A DNA stretch of 64,000 nucleotides from IMG/VR virus record IMGVR_UViG_3300009285_003221; one strand, given 5' to 3'. This document shows positions 60,665 through 64,000 of the stretch, in pieces; the stretch's first letter is position 1; each line of letters begins with the position of its first letter. The position numbers were made by a program, and so were the translations under genes. The notes under the pieces are model-generated. The model saw nothing but the letters and a program-made list of their open reading frames with translations. It was not told where the DNA came from and searched no databases. The stretch comes from a virus.

Positions 60665-61834
60665 ATGTCAAATTTAATTGCTATAGAGAAAGAGGACAAC
60701 ATGACGACAAGCAGCCCAGGAGAATTAGAGAAACTCCAACTATTGGCAGTAGAAACCCACCTCAACTCCCAAGTCGTGGAACGGGAAGAGGAGATCCGAG
60801 GGCTACTTCTTTCTTTACTCGCCAAGCAACATGTCCTTCTCCTTGGCCCGCCAGGTACGGGAAAGAGCCTGACCGCAAATTTATTAACCCAATCGGTTAC
60901 AGATTCTAACCTGTTTGAAATCCTCATGACCCGCTTTACCAAGCCCGAAGAGGTCTTTGGACCTCCTTCCCTACCCGATCTCAAGGCCGGAAAGTACGCT
61001 TTTATCAAGGAGGGGACGATTCGCGAATCGCAAATCGCGTTCCTCGATGAGATCTTCAAGGCCAACTCGGCCATTCTAAACTCGCTCTTGAAGATCGTCA
61101 ATGAAAGGGTCTTCCACAACGGGAGTTGCGGGGCGGAGAAGGTGCCTCTGATGTCCCTGATCGGAGCAAGCAACGAGCTACCACAGGGGGAGGATTTGTC
61201 GGCCCTCTTTGACCGTTTTATGTGTAAGTATCTGGTCAAGCCGGTACAAGATCAGAACAATATCAGGAGAATGCTCCATTCCACTCCTCAGGTCGGTCCG
61301 ACCATATACCTGTCTTCTTTGGAGACGCTACAAAAGCAGACCAATCAGGTCAAGACGGATACCTATCTGGATCAGCATCTTCATCTTCTCCTAAAACTAC
61401 GGGGGGAGGGATTCAATATCTCTGACCGAAAGGCTAGGGAATCTCTTTCCCTTCTGAAAGCGTCGGCAGTCCTGGCGGGACGAAATCATGTCATCTTGGA
61501 AGATGCTCGAATTCTCGCCCACGTCTACTGGCAGGAACCTGACCAAGTTAAGAAATTGAAGTCCTTGATCTGGGAGTTTATCAATCCGCATGATAAATAT
61601 GCTCTAGAGCAGTACGACGCCGCAACTGAAATCTTCCAGAGGGCTACCAATCCGACAGATGACGGCAAGGTCTCGGTCGAAGAGTCTTTCAACTCGATTA
61701 GGACAATCCAGATCGAGCTGAAACAGAGAATCAGTAGTCTAACCCCGGAACAGAATCGAAAACTTGTAGAGGTTTCTGACAAGATTCAACTCTACCGGGA
61801 GGAGTTAGTCCAGTTTATGCTGGGGAGAAAATAG
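60665..61834 (+). CDS. MoxR-like AAA+ ATPase
   Basis: 389 aa. Walker A LLLGPPGTGKSL, Walker B IAFLDEIFKANSAILNSLLKIVNER, sensor region LIGASNELP. Confidence 0.8.
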   Translation: MSNLIAIEKEDNMTTSSPGELEKLQLLAVETHLNSQVVEREEEIRGLLLSLLAKQHVLLLGPPGTGKSLTANLLTQSVTDSNLFEILMTRFTKPEEVFGPPSLPDLKAGKYAFIKEGTIRESQIAFLDEIFKANSAILNSLLKIVNERVFHNGSCGAEKVPLMSLIGASNELPQGEDLSALFDRFMCKYLVKPVQDQNNIRRMLHSTPQVGPTIYLSSLETLQKQTNQVKTDTYLDQHLHLLLKLRGEGFNISDRKARESLSLLKASAVLAGRNHVILEDARILAHVYWQEPDQVKKLKSLIWEFINPHDKYALEQYDAATEIFQRATNPTDDGKVSVEESFNSIRTIQIELKQRISSLTPEQNRKLVEVSDKIQLYREELVQFMLGRK

Positions 61835-62332
61835 ATGCGGGGCTACTGCGGAGTTGGGCTAGTCAATCCCAAACACGAGGTCAATGTCGGCCATGTTCTA
61901 CGAGCAGCGGGATGCTTCCAAATCCAGTGGGTTGCTGCAACAGGAAAACGGTATAAGCGGTCAGCCACTGACACCATGTCCGCCTATCGGCACATCCCCC
62001 TGCTATCGGGAATAGATGATCTTAAAAAGATTATTCCCTTTGACTGCATACCAGTCGCAGTGGACCTCGTAGAGGGAGCAAAAAGTGTACATAATTATGT
62101 GCATCCTGAACGCGCCTTTTATATCTTTGGACCGGAAGACGGGACACTCGGAAAGGAGGTACTGTCCTGGTGCCGGGATGTCATTTATATTCCAACGAGG
62201 GGCTGCCTTAATTTATCAGCGGCAGTCTCAATCATACTCTATGACCGGCAGCAAAAACAGGCGGGGGCCGAGTCCAGAGAAAAGTACTTCTTTAAGGAAG
62301 AAAAAATCACAAGAAGGGGAGGGTACAGGTGA
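61835..62332 (+). CDS. SPOUT (SpoU/TrmH/TrmL-like) RNA 2'-O-methyltransferase
   Basis: 165 aa. NVGHVLRAAGCF, YIFGPEDGTLGKEV and IPTRGCLNLSAAVSIILYDR match the three SpoU motifs. The ATG abuts the stop of the AAA+ gene. Confidence 0.7.
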   Translation: MRGYCGVGLVNPKHEVNVGHVLRAAGCFQIQWVAATGKRYKRSATDTMSAYRHIPLLSGIDDLKKIIPFDCIPVAVDLVEGAKSVHNYVHPERAFYIFGPEDGTLGKEVLSWCRDVIYIPTRGCLNLSAAVSIILYDRQQKQAGAESREKYFFKEEKITRRGGYR

Positions 62333-62502
62333 GCAGCTATAATCTATTTTCTATCGGGGAAATAATTGCCATTGTTCTCATTCTGGCCCTTGGCACAATC
62401 ATAACACTCAGCTACGGCTGTAGTTGCAGGACTATCTATCAAGTGGATTATCAACTGTACGGAGATTTTCAGCCGGAGGAAGGATGGGTAGAATGTCGAT
62501 AA
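62329..62502 (+). CDS. small single-TM protein (57 aa), not in ORF track
   Basis: GTG in a GTGA overlap with the methyltransferase stop. MSSYNLFSIGEIIAIVLILALGTIITLSYGCSC... Confidence 0.4.
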   Translation: MSSYNLFSIGEIIAIVLILALGTIITLSYGCSCRTIYQVDYQLYGDFQPEEGWVECR

Positions 62503-62732
62503 AATTATTCAAAACGGTGGTGATGGTTCGGGTAGAACTAGAGCTATCTGGCCCCACCAAATATGATGTCAACGAGTATGCCAAGAATCTCGTGCTAACC
62601 TCACTTCTCTATAAACTATCAGAGGCAAAGGCAGATATTTTAGCGGTATGTTCAGAGGAGATCAAATTAGAAGATGCGAAAGGAAGACTATCAAGCGGAG
62701 AGAAGTCTCATGTTGGAGAGGACAAAATTTAA
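62493..62732 (+). CDS. hypothetical protein (79 aa)
   Basis: ATG after GGAGGAAGG. The track start 62424 is probably too early. Confidence 0.5.
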   Translation: MSIKLFKTVVMVRVELELSGPTKYDVNEYAKNLVLTSLLYKLSEAKADILAVCSEEIKLEDAKGRLSSGEKSHVGEDKI

Positions 62733-62824
62733 CCGGAGGCACGGCTATGTCAAAGCTCTTAGGTTTGTCCAACGAAGTCTGCTCCTGCTGAGATCCGACT
62801 ATTACGGAAGGAGGGCGAGGCCCC

Positions 62825-63136
62825 ATGACAAACGAAGAATATAAAAAGTTACAGGAAGCGGGGAGAAAAGAGGTAGAGGACCGGGCTAGGGCCATAGGGG
62901 AATCCAGAGTCCTCCTTTTAAGAAGGCTGAAAGAGGCCCGGCTAGTTCTAAATACGCCGGGAAGAGAGGGATTCCAGAAACTAATATTCGATTTTGCAAA
63001 TAAACGACTCATTTCGGACGATGGTACTCTAGCCTTACAGTGGCTGGTTAGACGCTTTCCAAATGAGCCAGTAGGCTATGAAAACCAACAGACCAGCACT
63101 GGAGTGGTCATTCTAGCGGCAATCAAAGGGCCGTAG
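62825..63136 (+). CDS. hypothetical protein (103 aa)
   Basis: GGAAGGAGGG upstream. Confidence 0.55.
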   Translation: MTNEEYKKLQEAGRKEVEDRARAIGESRVLLLRRLKEARLVLNTPGREGFQKLIFDFANKRLISDDGTLALQWLVRRFPNEPVGYENQQTSTGVVILAAIKGP

Positions 63137-63177
63137 CAAAACGTCGGCATATATTTATAATTACCGACGTTTTGCTA
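63134..63177. promoter_or_regulatory. perfect 14-bp inverted repeat whose 16-nt loop carries TATAAT
   Basis: TAGCAAAACGTCGG (63134-63147) and CCGACGTTTTGCTA (63164-63177). The loop is catatatttataatta, with TATAAT at 63156-63161. Confidence 0.6.
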
Positions 63178-63204
63178 CAAAGTACTAGAAAGGAAAGAGA
63201 AACA

Positions 63205-63594
63205 ATGAGTAAAATAACCATTGAGAATGCAAGGATCAAATCTACAACACTAGGGGAAGCGGCAACTGACCGGGGCATGTTTAGCTACTGGCTCCATATC
63301 GAATGGGAGAGGAGCGGCTGTAGCTTTGGCGGTAAGGTACTGGACGAGAGACAATTCCCCGGACAGGAGTGTAAAGACTACACCCGAATTGGTACAGCCT
63401 ACGGGATGACCCACTTGATGAGGATTCTGGAAACGCTGGAAGTCCGGAAATGGGAGGATCTCCCCGGTACTTACCTACGCATCAAGTCGGAGGGACTGGG
63501 AGGAGGGATTACAGCTATTGGGCATATCATCAAAGATCAATGGTTTGATCCCAATGCTCTGAAATTCTTGTTAAAGGAGAAGGGGGATGGATGA
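63205..63594 (+). CDS. hypothetical protein (129 aa)
   Basis: ATG after AGGAAAGAGA. The track start 63172 lies inside the inverted repeat. Confidence 0.55.
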   Translation: MSKITIENARIKSTTLGEAATDRGMFSYWLHIEWERSGCSFGGKVLDERQFPGQECKDYTRIGTAYGMTHLMRILETLEVRKWEDLPGTYLRIKSEGLGGGITAIGHIIKDQWFDPNALKFLLKEKGDG

Positions 63595-64000
63595 TTGTGC
63601 AATCAAGCAACTCCAGTTCGACCAGCTTCAATTCAAGGAGATGACCGAAAAATCCCCGGCTCTCCAACAGAAAATAGATGCCAGCGATTATTCAAAGGCG
63701 TCAGAACTCTGTCGAGACTTATTTGCATCAATGTTCAAGTATACGCCTGAGATTAACCCCGATGTCGCTCCCGACTATCTGGCCAATCAGAAGGTAATGA
63801 GAGAGTTGATGAATCTTAGAGAGTACGAAAATCTGCATGAGCAGACGAAAGGACAAGCAATTCTTTCTGCCTCCGCCACCCGTAAGTTCTGGGGGGAGGT
63901 AGAAGGAAAGTTGCCGGAGAGTGTTAAGGAACACGCCAGAACCACCGAAGAGATTCAAAAACGAATAAAAAACCTCGTTGAGCGTCAGAAGGCGTATGAG
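63587..64000 (+). CDS. hypothetical protein, N-terminal 138 codons (continues beyond window end), not in ORF track
   Basis: ATG 63587 overlaps the upstream stop. The frame MDDCAIKQLQFDQLQFKEMTEKSPALQQKIDASDYSKA... stays open to position 64000. Confidence 0.55.
   Translation, partial: MDDCAIKQLQFDQLQFKEMTEKSPALQQKIDASDYSKASELCRDLFASMFKYTPEINPDVAPDYLANQKVMRELMNLREYENLHEQTKGQAILSASATRKFWGEVEGKLPESVKEHARTTEEIQKRIKNLVERQKAYE

Noticed and set aside
1-64000. Cyanobacterial HIP1 (GCGATCGC) enrichment as a host clue
   Set aside because: Only partial matches were seen (e.g. TCGATCGC, GCGATCGA). There is no evident enrichment, so no host inference was made.

Overview
The window looks like part of a tailed dsDNA phage or prophage genome (Caudoviricetes) with two oppositely oriented arms. 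Calls rest on motif recognition, gene order and manual translation only; no database search was possible.

Arm 1 (1-42176, almost all minus strand) is the packaging and virion module. Read right to left it holds:
- an HNH endonuclease, a putative small terminase, the large terminase and the portal;
- an inserted plus-strand TnpB element (IS200/IS605 family) with an intact RuvC triad;
- scaffold, an N4-gp56-like major capsid protein, small basic proteins and an adaptor-like protein;
- large tail and internal proteins, including a 667-aa protein with a C-terminal M15-like peptidase and a 2496-aa giant with a zincin HExxH motif;
- an unusually rich fibre set: two Ser/Thr-rich repeat paralogues flanking a beta-helix protein, then three tandem tip paralogues;
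- a SAM methyltransferase, a three-module glycosyltransferase, and a Gly-rich repeat gene that runs off the left edge and is absent from the ORF track.

No tape-measure, tube or sheath gene was recognised, so a podovirus-like virion is plausible.

Arm 2 (42216-64000, plus strand) holds about 60 tightly packed small genes, many joined by ATGA or TAATG overlaps. Recognisable products are:
- an HTH protein;
- a signal-peptide-bearing subtilisin-like S8 peptidase;
- an HNH-like protein;
- a protein with 23 four-residue AAxx repeats;
- a MoxR-like AAA+ ATPase directly followed by a SPOUT RNA methyltransferase.

Arm 2 is interrupted by a minus-strand ribbon-helix-helix cassette with two copies of a 19-bp palindrome. 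It also contains ORF-free, structure-rich segments:
- 42.55-43.25 kb, with three terminator-delimited non-coding units;
- 50.9-51.3 kb, with phased GCCCATT iterons;
- 52.16-52.54 kb, with a perfect 27-bp palindrome.

No rRNA, tRNA or CRISPR array was found. Several genes missing from the ORF track (edge-truncated or under 60 aa) were recovered by hand.
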